In this document: positions 40,634-48,241 of the stretch, one piece after another | How positions within the stretch are numbered: the first letter of the stretch is position 1 | How the letters are laid out: each line of letters begins with the position of its first letter | Made by a program: the position numbers and the translations under genes | The notes under the pieces: generated by a model | The model's database searches: none | What the model was told of the DNA's origin: nothing | What the model saw: the letters and a program-made list of their open reading frames with translations, nothing else | Origin: Pseudomonadota bacterium | GTDB taxonomy: Bacteria; Pseudomonadota; Alphaproteobacteria; Rhizobiales; Rhizobiaceae | Length of the DNA stretch: 64,000 nt | Direction of reading: 5' to 3' | Assembly (NCBI GenBank): GCA_038525315.1 | Contig: JBCBHU010000003.1 | Coordinates: 219,011-283,010, forward strand

Positions 40634-41368
40634 CTAGCCCGACATATCCCCGGCTTTGGCCTCATCCACCAAAGCCTGCATTTCGGCCTTGGAAAGCGCC
40701 TGCCCCCCACTTGTCTTGTATTCGGGAGCCACTAGGCCTGCAGAAATCACCAGCTTCGCTGCCTCTTCCACCGACATCTTCAAGTTAATAACGTCCTTGG
40801 CAGGCACAAACAGCAGGAAACCGGACGTGGGGTTGGGCGTGGTTGGCAAAAACACGCTCACCGTCTTCCCCGCCGGGTCATCCAGCTTGGCTTGGACTTC
40901 ACCCAGCGTATCGGTGGCCACAAAGGCCAACGCCCAGATGCCGGGGCGCGGATATTCCACCAGCACGACGGATTGAAAACTGTCCGAATCCTCCCGAAAC
41001 ACCGTCTCGAATATCTGCTTCAGCGCGGAATAGATATTGCGCACCACCGGCATGCGCGACAGCAGATATTCGCCATAGGAGACGATGGATTTGCCGATCA
41101 GATTGGCCGTCAAAAAGCCAATCATGGTGATGCCGATCAAGGCCACCAGGACCCCGAAGCCGGGGATGGAAAACGGCAAATAGGTTTCCGGATTATAGAC
41201 CGCCGGTAAATAGGGCTTCACCCAGGAATCAATCCATTCCACCAGCGTCCACGTGAGGTAAATGGTGATAGCCAGCGGCGCGCAAATAACCAGCCCGGTG
41301 AAAAAATAGTTACGCAGCCGCGTCATATAGGGCTGGCGTTTCACAAGCTGAGATTTGGACTTGGCCAC
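40634..41368 (-). CDS. DUF502 family membrane protein
   Basis: RNYFFTGL, YSALKQIFE, VLVEYPRPG and VFLPTTPNPTSGFL motifs. Alternative start ATG 41326. Confidence 0.9.
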   Translation of the reverse strand: MAKSKSQLVKRQPYMTRLRNYFFTGLVICAPLAITIYLTWTLVEWIDSWVKPYLPAVYNPETYLPFSIPGFGVLVALIGITMIGFLTANLIGKSIVSYGEYLLSRMPVVRNIYSALKQIFETVFREDSDSFQSVVLVEYPRPGIWALAFVATDTLGEVQAKLDDPAGKTVSVFLPTTPNPTSGFLLFVPAKDVINLKMSVEEAAKLVISAGLVAPEYKTSGGQALSKAEMQALVDEAKAGDMSG

Positions 41369-41462
41369 GGGCGTTTTCCTGGAGGGGCCGTCACCGGCAC
41401 CCTTTCTATTTGGCCTGCCCTGTCAGATTTGCAAGCGCTTTATGAACGCCCACAAAAACCAC

Positions 41463-42941
41463 TCAGGGGGACATGGAAACAATGCTGCCGATCTCGTCGA
41501 TATAGACCTTTTGCAGGTTCTGCTGCGCGGTCACCACCTGCCCTTCACCCGTCACCCCAGCGCGGCGAACGGCCATCATTGTCATGCGCAGGTCGGTGTC
41601 ATTTTCCGTGGCGTGGGACTGGGAGATGCGCGCACCGTGATCGCCATGGATCATCACATCCACATTGCCCTTGGCAATGGCGGCATCAACAATGCCCATC
41701 AAATGCTTATGGGTGCAGACGGCCTGATCCCAAAAGCCCTTATAGGCATGGCTCAGGTCAGGATTGGAGGAATAACGGGCCGGATTGGTCCATTCTTCCA
41801 TGGGTTTGAACGAGCAATCGGCGTTCAACACATAGGGGAAATGGGGCAGCAGCAGGTGGGCGATATGCACATCGCCGACTTCCAGTTTGTCCACCTTGCC
41901 GCGAATAACATCCATCATCTTCAACACCACCAGCGGGCGGGAGAAGAAACCGGCGCGATCTTCCTCTTTCTGATTGGCAATGTGCCAATACCGGTCCGCC
42001 ACTTGCACAATGTGAACGGCGGACAGGAAATTGGGGCGTGTGTAGTCGCCATACATGGCGTGGGCCGCCACGTGCAATCGGCGCGTGTAGGACAAGTCAA
42101 AATCCGCAAACATGCCCATATTGTTGGCGCGGGTGTAGGTGTTGCACTCCTCCACTTTGCGGTCGCGGCAAATGTCGAGGAAATTTGTTTGCAGGATGGA
42201 GAGCTTATAGCCCTCATCTTGCATTTGTTGCAGCAGCCGGTCTTCCTTCACCGAATAGGTGTAAGCCGCTCCCACCTCATGTTTGATATAATTATCGGCC
42301 TTGTCCGTCAGGTTCATCATGGCCGAGACGGATTCATAGGTATTTTTGGTGATGGCCATCGTGTTGCCATGCACGGTAAACCCGCGCTTGCGGTAATCCT
42401 CGATAATCCCATGGGCCGCGTGGCCGTCGGGAATAGTATGGGCCATGGCCAAGGGTGAAGATTGCTCATCAATGATGATTTGCAACACGGCATTGCCCGG
42501 CCTTTTTTCAGCCCGTTCAGCGGGACGGGCAGCCGACGCTTGGGCGTGGGAAACCAGCAGTTGCGGGCCGGGTTTCAACAGTGACGTGCCGGAAAAGAAA
42601 ACGGCAAAAACGCCCACTAACGGCAAAAACCACTCCTCAATGCGCTTCATCTCCAAGGACAACAGTAGCGCTAACAGGAAAATGCCGCCCACCCAAGGGT
42701 TCATGCCCTTGATAAAATAGACTTCCAAAAACCAGTAGAGCGCCAACACCATGATGGGGCCAAAAAGCCCACTGCCCCGGCACAAAAAAGCCAGCACGGC
42801 GCCTGCAAAAGCAAACAACGCCGTGATGGTCAACAATTCAAAACTGAACACGCCATAGCCCAAGTCCAGCATGTGGGTGAGCGGGATCGCCCCCATGAGA
42901 GCCATGAGGGCGAAGCGGCGTTTGTTCAGATCGACAGTCAT
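41463..42941 (-). CDS. Membrane-anchored alkaline phosphatase superfamily (sulfatase-like/LtaS-like) enzyme; NoeB-like by context
   Basis: 4-5 N-terminal TM helices, then IIIDEQ (first metal Asp), TKNTYESVSAMMN (candidate Thr nucleophile), HLLLPHFPY and MIHGDHG. No CxPxR formylglycine motif. Start ATG 42941 or TTG 42944. Confidence 0.75.
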   Translation of the reverse strand: MTVDLNKRRFALMALMGAIPLTHMLDLGYGVFSFELLTITALFAFAGAVLAFLCRGSGLFGPIMVLALYWFLEVYFIKGMNPWVGGIFLLALLLSLEMKRIEEWFLPLVGVFAVFFSGTSLLKPGPQLLVSHAQASAARPAERAEKRPGNAVLQIIIDEQSSPLAMAHTIPDGHAAHGIIEDYRKRGFTVHGNTMAITKNTYESVSAMMNLTDKADNYIKHEVGAAYTYSVKEDRLLQQMQDEGYKLSILQTNFLDICRDRKVEECNTYTRANNMGMFADFDLSYTRRLHVAAHAMYGDYTRPNFLSAVHIVQVADRYWHIANQKEEDRAGFFSRPLVVLKMMDVIRGKVDKLEVGDVHIAHLLLPHFPYVLNADCSFKPMEEWTNPARYSSNPDLSHAYKGFWDQAVCTHKHLMGIVDAAIAKGNVDVMIHGDHGARISQSHATENDTDLRMTMMAVRRAGVTGEGQVVTAQQNLQKVYIDEIGSIVSMSP

Positions 42942-42947
42942 CAAGAC

Positions 42948-44354
42948 CTACTTTGTTTTGTAAGAAACCAGCAGACGGCCGTTTTCGTCAAACTCATGCT
43001 CATCTACGATGTTGGCGCGGCTCGAGATGATCTCGCGGAAACGTTCCGTGGTGTAGTCGGGGAAAATATCTTCCCGCACTGCCAGAAGCTGCTTCACCAT
43101 GGGGTCGCGCTTCGGCACGAACTCGATGATACCGCAGGGTGCCAAATCCATCAGCCAATCCACGGCCTCTTGGAAGGGTAGATTGCCGCCGATGACCATG
43201 TGGTGGATGACGGCCAGCGCGATAATGCCATCGGCATCAGCCCGCTCGGCCAGACCCTTGCGCTCCGTCTGACGCCAGCCTAGCGCCGGTGTCGGATCGT
43301 TCATGTTCATCATCACGGGCAACACCGGATCGCCCTTGCGGGTGCGCAACCGATAAGCACCCTCCAGCGAGTCCAGATCAGCGTCCAGAATGACGGCCTT
43401 ACCGGCCCCCTTCCCGATGGCAGCCATGGAAAAGTCGCCCGTATTACCGCCAATATCCCAGAACGTGGCGGGCTTGAACGTTTCGCCCCAACGGCCCACA
43501 AAATCCAGCTTCACGTCCCGCATGGGCTCGCTATAGCTGTTTTTCGCAGCATATTCTTTCCAATAGCTGTCAGGCCGCTTGGCGGATTTCAAATCAGCCA
43601 CAAAATTGCGCAATTGCTTCAAGATCGCTTCATAGCGCGCCTTGGGCAGCGGCGCGGTGGCCTTGTGCTTGTCGTCCGGCGAAGACGTATTCGACAACAC
43701 CGCCTTGCCGTGCAGATAAACATGCATGAACCCACCCAGGCTGGTGAACAGCTTGCGCTTGGGAAGAATGGACATGGCGTCTTCGAACGAAATACCGTTC
43801 AGCGAACCGCGATACATGGGCTGGAAGGAGACACCCGCCCACGCCTCAATCAGCAGCGGCAGCACAAACTGGCGGCAAAACTGATTGTAGCCGTCCCAAT
43901 GCTCACCGTCCTTATAGCGGCGCACCGACATGACATCGATATGCACCGGCTTACCGTCCATGAACTGCATGTTGTAGGCGGTGGCGTCAGAGAGCACAAA
44001 ACCCTTGGCCAGCGCCGCAATCTGCAAATCCAGATGGGCCAGCGCCGCATCTTTCAACTGCGAGAACACCCACTCATAGGGGTATGACAAGAAAGGCACG
44101 CGCGGGTGGCTGTAGAGCGCCGCTGCGCTTTCGCCGCGGGCACCCGTATAGCCGTCAAGGTCACCATTTTCGATCCGCTCGCAGCCGATCATCAGGCCCT
44201 TGTCGTGCAACTCGCCCAAAATGCCGCTGTCATACACATCGCCAAACGCCTCGTGGGCGGCGGGCATAACGGCGCGCACAATGCGCTCACCGTCTGCAAA
44301 AACATAGGCATTGGGGTCCCGAAAAGAGCCGGGATCGCGGACAGGCGCCGTCAT
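42948..44354 (-). CDS. Kinase-like domain fused to class I SAM-dependent methyltransferase (NoeA-like)
   Basis: N-terminal RDPGSFRDP, SYPYEW, LSDATAYNMQF and HIDVMS; C-terminal WDIGGNTGDFS (SAM motif I), LDAD and ALAVIHHM. Confidence 0.8.
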   Translation of the reverse strand: MTAPVRDPGSFRDPNAYVFADGERIVRAVMPAAHEAFGDVYDSGILGELHDKGLMIGCERIENGDLDGYTGARGESAAALYSHPRVPFLSYPYEWVFSQLKDAALAHLDLQIAALAKGFVLSDATAYNMQFMDGKPVHIDVMSVRRYKDGEHWDGYNQFCRQFVLPLLIEAWAGVSFQPMYRGSLNGISFEDAMSILPKRKLFTSLGGFMHVYLHGKAVLSNTSSPDDKHKATAPLPKARYEAILKQLRNFVADLKSAKRPDSYWKEYAAKNSYSEPMRDVKLDFVGRWGETFKPATFWDIGGNTGDFSMAAIGKGAGKAVILDADLDSLEGAYRLRTRKGDPVLPVMMNMNDPTPALGWRQTERKGLAERADADGIIALAVIHHMVIGGNLPFQEAVDWLMDLAPCGIIEFVPKRDPMVKQLLAVREDIFPDYTTERFREIISSRANIVDEHEFDENGRLLVSYKTK

Positions 44355-44575
44355 TTGGCGGTGTCGTCAGCGGAGGTTTCTTCCACAGCCTTGGACTTGA
44401 AGCCCAGAACCGCAAAAATTTTCTCACGAACGTTGCGCACGGCCAGAGAAACAGCAGCAAAACCGCCAATCAGCGCCTGAAGAATGACACTGCCCGTTAT
44501 GGGATCAATGTAAGCGAAAGCGGGGGTGGTGAACGTGACCGTCAAAACGGCGGCAACAAGAACAGTTCTGGACAT
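44351..44575 (-). CDS. 74-aa small membrane protein with YIDPxTGS motif
   Basis: MSRTVLVAAVLTVTFTTPAFA|YIDPITGSVILQALIGGFAAVSLAVRNVREKIF...: signal-like helix, AxA cleavage site, one TM helix, charged tail. ATGA overlap with the downstream gene; GGAA RBS-like sequence upstream. Confidence 0.8.
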   Translation of the reverse strand: MSRTVLVAAVLTVTFTTPAFAYIDPITGSVILQALIGGFAAVSLAVRNVREKIFAVLGFKSKAVEETSADDTAK

Positions 44576-44706
44576 TGCTTTTCCTTGGCAAAACGCGAAA
44601 CAAAATGAGCCAATGCTCAAAGCCCAAATGTGGACCTTGGGAAAACTATGCAGGACTGCTCTTAAGTTGAGGTAAAGATGGTGAACATTGTTGGACACCA
44701 CCCTTT

Positions 44707-44746
44707 AACCATAGAGGGACGGCGGGAACCATAAAGGGACGGCGGG
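44707..44746. repeat. 20-bp tandem direct repeat immediately downstream of the glmS stop (attTn7 position)
   Basis: aaccatagagggacggcggg (44707-44726) and aaccataaagggacggcggg (44727-44746), 19/20 identical. Confidence 0.9.
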
Positions 44747-44749
44747 GGA

Positions 44750-46588
44750 TCACTCCACCGTCACAGATTTCGCCAGATTGCGGGGCTGGTCCACATCCGT
44801 GCCCATGGTCACTGCCGTGTGGTAGGCCAGCATCTGAATGGGCAGGGAATAAATGATCGGCGTGATGATCTCCGGCATTTCCGGCATCACGATCACATTC
44901 GCCTCGTCCATGGCTGCCGCATCGGCACCCTTCTGGTCGGTGATCAGAATGATCTTCCCACCGCGGGCCGCCACTTCCTGCATGTTGGACACGGTCTTTT
45001 CAAAAATGCGGTCATGGGGTGCGATGACGATGACGGGCATTTCCTCGTCGATGAGCGCGATGGGCCCATGTTTTAATTCGCCCGCCGCATAGGCTTCCGC
45101 ATGGATGTAGGAAAGCTCCTTGAGTTTAAGCGCCCCTTCCATGGCCAGCGGATAATTGGTGTCTCGGCCCAGATAGAGAACGCTCTTTTTGTTGGCCAGT
45201 TGATGAGCCAGTTCCGCGATGCGGTCTTCCATCTTCAGCACTTCATGGGCGTAGCGCGGGGCCTCCGCCAATTCCTGAACCAGCTGCTGCTCTTGGGCAG
45301 CATTGATATGCCCACGCTGCACACCGGCCGCCACAGCCAGTGAAGCCAACACAGAAAGCTGGCAGGTGAACGCTTTCGTAGAAGCCACCCCAATTTCCGG
45401 CCCGGCCAACGTGGGGAACACATTGTGGGACGAACGCGCCATGGTGCTTTCGCGCACATTCACAATGGCCGCCAGTTTCTGATCCTGCTGCTCGCAGTAT
45501 TTGAGACACGCCAGCGTATCCGCCGTTTCCCCCGATTGGGAGATGAACAGGGAGAGTCCATTCTGCGTCAACGGCGCCTCGCGGTAGCGAAATTCGGAGG
45601 CCACATCGATATCCACCGGCAGGCGGGCATGGCGCTCAAACCAGTATTTGCCCACAAACCCTGCCAAATAGGCCGTGCCGCAGGCCGTGATGTTCAGCCT
45701 ATCAAGGCTCGCAAAGTCCAGCGGCGCGTCGTTGTCCGCCATATCCCGAATGGCGATCTTACGCTCGTTAAAGTCCACGTAATTGGAAAGCGTGTGGCCG
45801 ATGACCTCCGGCTGCTCATAAATTTCTTTGAGCATAAAGTGGCGGTGATTGCCCTTGTCCACCATCAGCGCCGAACCCACGGAAATTTGCACCGCCCGCT
45901 CCACCGGCGCGCCCGTCTCGTCATAAATTTTATGGCTATCGCGGCGCACAACGGCCCAATCCCCATCTTCCAGATAGGTGATGCGGTTGGTGAACGGCGC
46001 TAGGGCGACAGCGTCGGACCCCAGATACATCTCCCCGTCCCCATGGCCAATGGCCAGTGGCGGGCCGTTGCGCGCGGCCACGATGAGGTCCGCATCGGAG
46101 CCAAACATGATAGCCAGTGCAAAGGCCCCATGCAGACGGGCGATGGCAGCCCGGGCAGCATCTTCGGATGCGCACCCCTCGTTGAGATACTTGGCCACCA
46201 AATGGGCCACCACTTCCGTGTCCGTCTGGCTGGCGAAGGAAAAACCGTCCTTTTCCAACTCCGTGCGCAACTCGCGGAAGTTTTCGATAATGCCGTTATG
46301 AACCACCGCCACGTTGGACGAAAAATGCGGGTGGGCGTTCATTTCCACGGGCGCGCCATGGGTGGCCCAGCGCGTGTGACCAATACCCACATGGCCTGCC
46401 AGCGGTTCAGCATCCAGCCGCTCTTCAAGGTTGACAAGCTTACCCTCCGCCCGGCGGCGGTGCAGGGCACCATCCACATAGGTGGCAACACCGGCGGAAT
46501 CATACCCGCGATATTCCAGCCGCTTCAGCGCATCCACAATCAGCGGCGCCACGGGGCGCGTGCCTACAATACCGACAATTCCGCACAT
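44750..46588 (-). CDS. glmS: Glutamine--fructose-6-phosphate transaminase (isomerizing)
   Basis: N-terminal MCGIVG, RLEYRGYDSAG, GHTRWATHG, EIGVASTKAFT and C-terminal DVDQPRNLAKSVTVE motifs. Confidence 0.99.
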   Translation of the reverse strand: MCGIVGIVGTRPVAPLIVDALKRLEYRGYDSAGVATYVDGALHRRRAEGKLVNLEERLDAEPLAGHVGIGHTRWATHGAPVEMNAHPHFSSNVAVVHNGIIENFRELRTELEKDGFSFASQTDTEVVAHLVAKYLNEGCASEDAARAAIARLHGAFALAIMFGSDADLIVAARNGPPLAIGHGDGEMYLGSDAVALAPFTNRITYLEDGDWAVVRRDSHKIYDETGAPVERAVQISVGSALMVDKGNHRHFMLKEIYEQPEVIGHTLSNYVDFNERKIAIRDMADNDAPLDFASLDRLNITACGTAYLAGFVGKYWFERHARLPVDIDVASEFRYREAPLTQNGLSLFISQSGETADTLACLKYCEQQDQKLAAIVNVRESTMARSSHNVFPTLAGPEIGVASTKAFTCQLSVLASLAVAAGVQRGHINAAQEQQLVQELAEAPRYAHEVLKMEDRIAELAHQLANKKSVLYLGRDTNYPLAMEGALKLKELSYIHAEAYAAGELKHGPIALIDEEMPVIVIAPHDRIFEKTVSNMQEVAARGGKIILITDQKGADAAAMDEANVIVMPEMPEIITPIIYSLPIQMLAYHTAVTMGTDVDQPRNLAKSVTVE

Positions 46589-46699
46589 GATGATTTTTCC
46601 CGCAACCAATCCAAGCCTTACGGCCTGGCCATATCAAATGATGGGCAAAACCTTAGTCAAAAAAGATTTCATTCTTGCAAACAAGCCAAAGAGACACGT

Positions 46700-48088
46700 T
46701 CACGTTTTGGATTTAGCCTCTTTGGCTGCCCTGTTCTTTTCGCGCAGGGTGACAGCCCGCCCGGTTTTATTCACCTGTTCGCCCCGTTCAATGGCCAAAT
46801 CATCATCCGGCACGTCTTTATAGATCACGCTACCCGCCGCCGTGTTGGCGTTTTTGCCCACGCTCACCGGCGCAACGAGGGACGTATTGGTGCCGATAAA
46901 GGCCCCCTCACCCACGATGGTTTTGTGCTTGCCGAAACCGTCATAATTGCACGTAATCGACCCTGCCCCGATATTGGCCTTGGCCCCAATTTCCGTATCG
47001 CCGAAATAGGACAGATGGTTGATCTTGGCCCCAGCCCCCACATAGGCCGCTTTGGTCTCCACGAAATTACCGATCTTCGCCCCTTCCCCCAGCACCGTGC
47101 CGGGCCTTAGACGGGCATAGGGGCCAACGGTGGCATTTTTTCCCACGCTGACCCCTTCCAGATGGGAGAACGCGCGAATGGTAGCGCCAGAAGCAACCAA
47201 AACCTCGGGCCCAAAAACCACATTGGGTTCAATCACCACATCCCGCTCCACCAGCGTATCGTGGTGCAACACAACGCTGTCCGGCACTTGCATGGTCACC
47301 CCATTGCGCAGCAGGGCGTTTCGGCGGCGCTGCTGCCAAAGGGCCTCCACTTGCGCCAGTTGCACCCGATCGTTCACGCCCAGCGTGTCTTCCTCAGGAA
47401 CCGTGATGGCGGACACGTTCAACCCTCGCGCTACACCGATTTCCACCGTGTCCGTGGCGTAATATTCGCCCTGGACATTGTCGTTTTCCACCGCATCCAG
47501 CAGCGATAAAACATGCTCACCGGAAAAGGCGATAATACCACTGTTACAGAAGGTTACCAAGCGTTCTTCATCCGTTGCATCCTTTTGCTCCCGAATGGCC
47601 AGCAGCTTGTCCCCTTCCGTCAACAGACGGCCATAGCCGTGGGGGTCATCCGTCTCAAACCCGAGCACCACAATGCGCTGGCCCGCTGCCAATTGATCGC
47701 GGGCGGCCTTCAAGGTCTCCGTGCGGATAAGCGGCACGTCACCATAGAGCATGACCACATCATCAAACCCCTGCTCTATGGCCTCCCGCGCCGCCAGAAC
47801 GGCATGGGCGGTCCCTGCGCGCACGGTTTGCTCATGAATGGTGGCATTGGGGTCAAAGTCCCCGACGGCCGCTGCCACCCGTTCAGCCTGATTGCCCACC
47901 ACCACGGCCCGGGCACCACCGCCCGCCTCCATGGACGTTTGCAGCACATGGCAAAGCATGGGCAAACCCGCCACCGGGTGCAGCACTTTGGGCATATCAG
48001 AAGCCATGCGCTTGCCCTCACCCGCCGCCAGAATCACGGTCAGGCAGCTGCGCTCCGCGGCTGGTTTGTTTGAAGAATCGCTGGTCAT
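46700..48088 (-). CDS. glmU: Bifunctional UDP-GlcNAc pyrophosphorylase/glucosamine-1-phosphate acetyltransferase
   Basis: VILAAGEGKRMASDMPKVLH, LYGDVPL and GYGR motifs; hexapeptide repeats (GPYARLRPG, KINHLSY, NIGAGSITCNYDG). Start ATG 48088. Confidence 0.97.
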   Translation of the reverse strand: MTSDSSNKPAAERSCLTVILAAGEGKRMASDMPKVLHPVAGLPMLCHVLQTSMEAGGGARAVVVGNQAERVAAAVGDFDPNATIHEQTVRAGTAHAVLAAREAIEQGFDDVVMLYGDVPLIRTETLKAARDQLAAGQRIVVLGFETDDPHGYGRLLTEGDKLLAIREQKDATDEERLVTFCNSGIIAFSGEHVLSLLDAVENDNVQGEYYATDTVEIGVARGLNVSAITVPEEDTLGVNDRVQLAQVEALWQQRRRNALLRNGVTMQVPDSVVLHHDTLVERDVVIEPNVVFGPEVLVASGATIRAFSHLEGVSVGKNATVGPYARLRPGTVLGEGAKIGNFVETKAAYVGAGAKINHLSYFGDTEIGAKANIGAGSITCNYDGFGKHKTIVGEGAFIGTNTSLVAPVSVGKNANTAAGSVIYKDVPDDDLAIERGEQVNKTGRAVTLREKNRAAKEAKSKT

Positions 48089-48162
48089 GGGGGGAATGCC
48101 CAAATCGTTAAAGGTTCTGCTAACCATTTCGTAATGCCTGCGGCCCTAATGTGCCAACAGCG

Positions 48163-48178
48163 TTAAACGGGGCTTAAC
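48163..48178 (+). promoter_or_regulatory. Full CtrA-binding consensus TTAA-N7-TTAAC
   Basis: ttaa-acggggc-ttaac in the divergent glmU / hypothetical gene intergenic region. Confidence 0.65.
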
Positions 48179-48241
48179 GGCCAGCCGCCCATTCCACAAT
48201 ACCGCTGCTGTCTCAAGGCAATAGACGCAGGAGAGCCGGAT

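Noticed and set aside
44576-44706. Tn7 transposon end next to the cassette
   Set aside because: There is no clear terminal TGT followed by repeated TnsB sites, and no tns genes in the window; only the positional coincidence is reported.
46589-46699. glmS ribozyme/riboswitch between glmU and glmS
   Set aside because: The 110-nt AT-rich gap has no glmS-ribozyme core, and this element is mainly found in Firmicutes.
48105-48124. Second CtrA site near glmU (TTAG-N8-TTAAC on the minus strand); also TTGC-N7-TTAA upstream of dac
   Set aside because: Wrong spacing or a mismatched half-site; it cannot be distinguished from chance.
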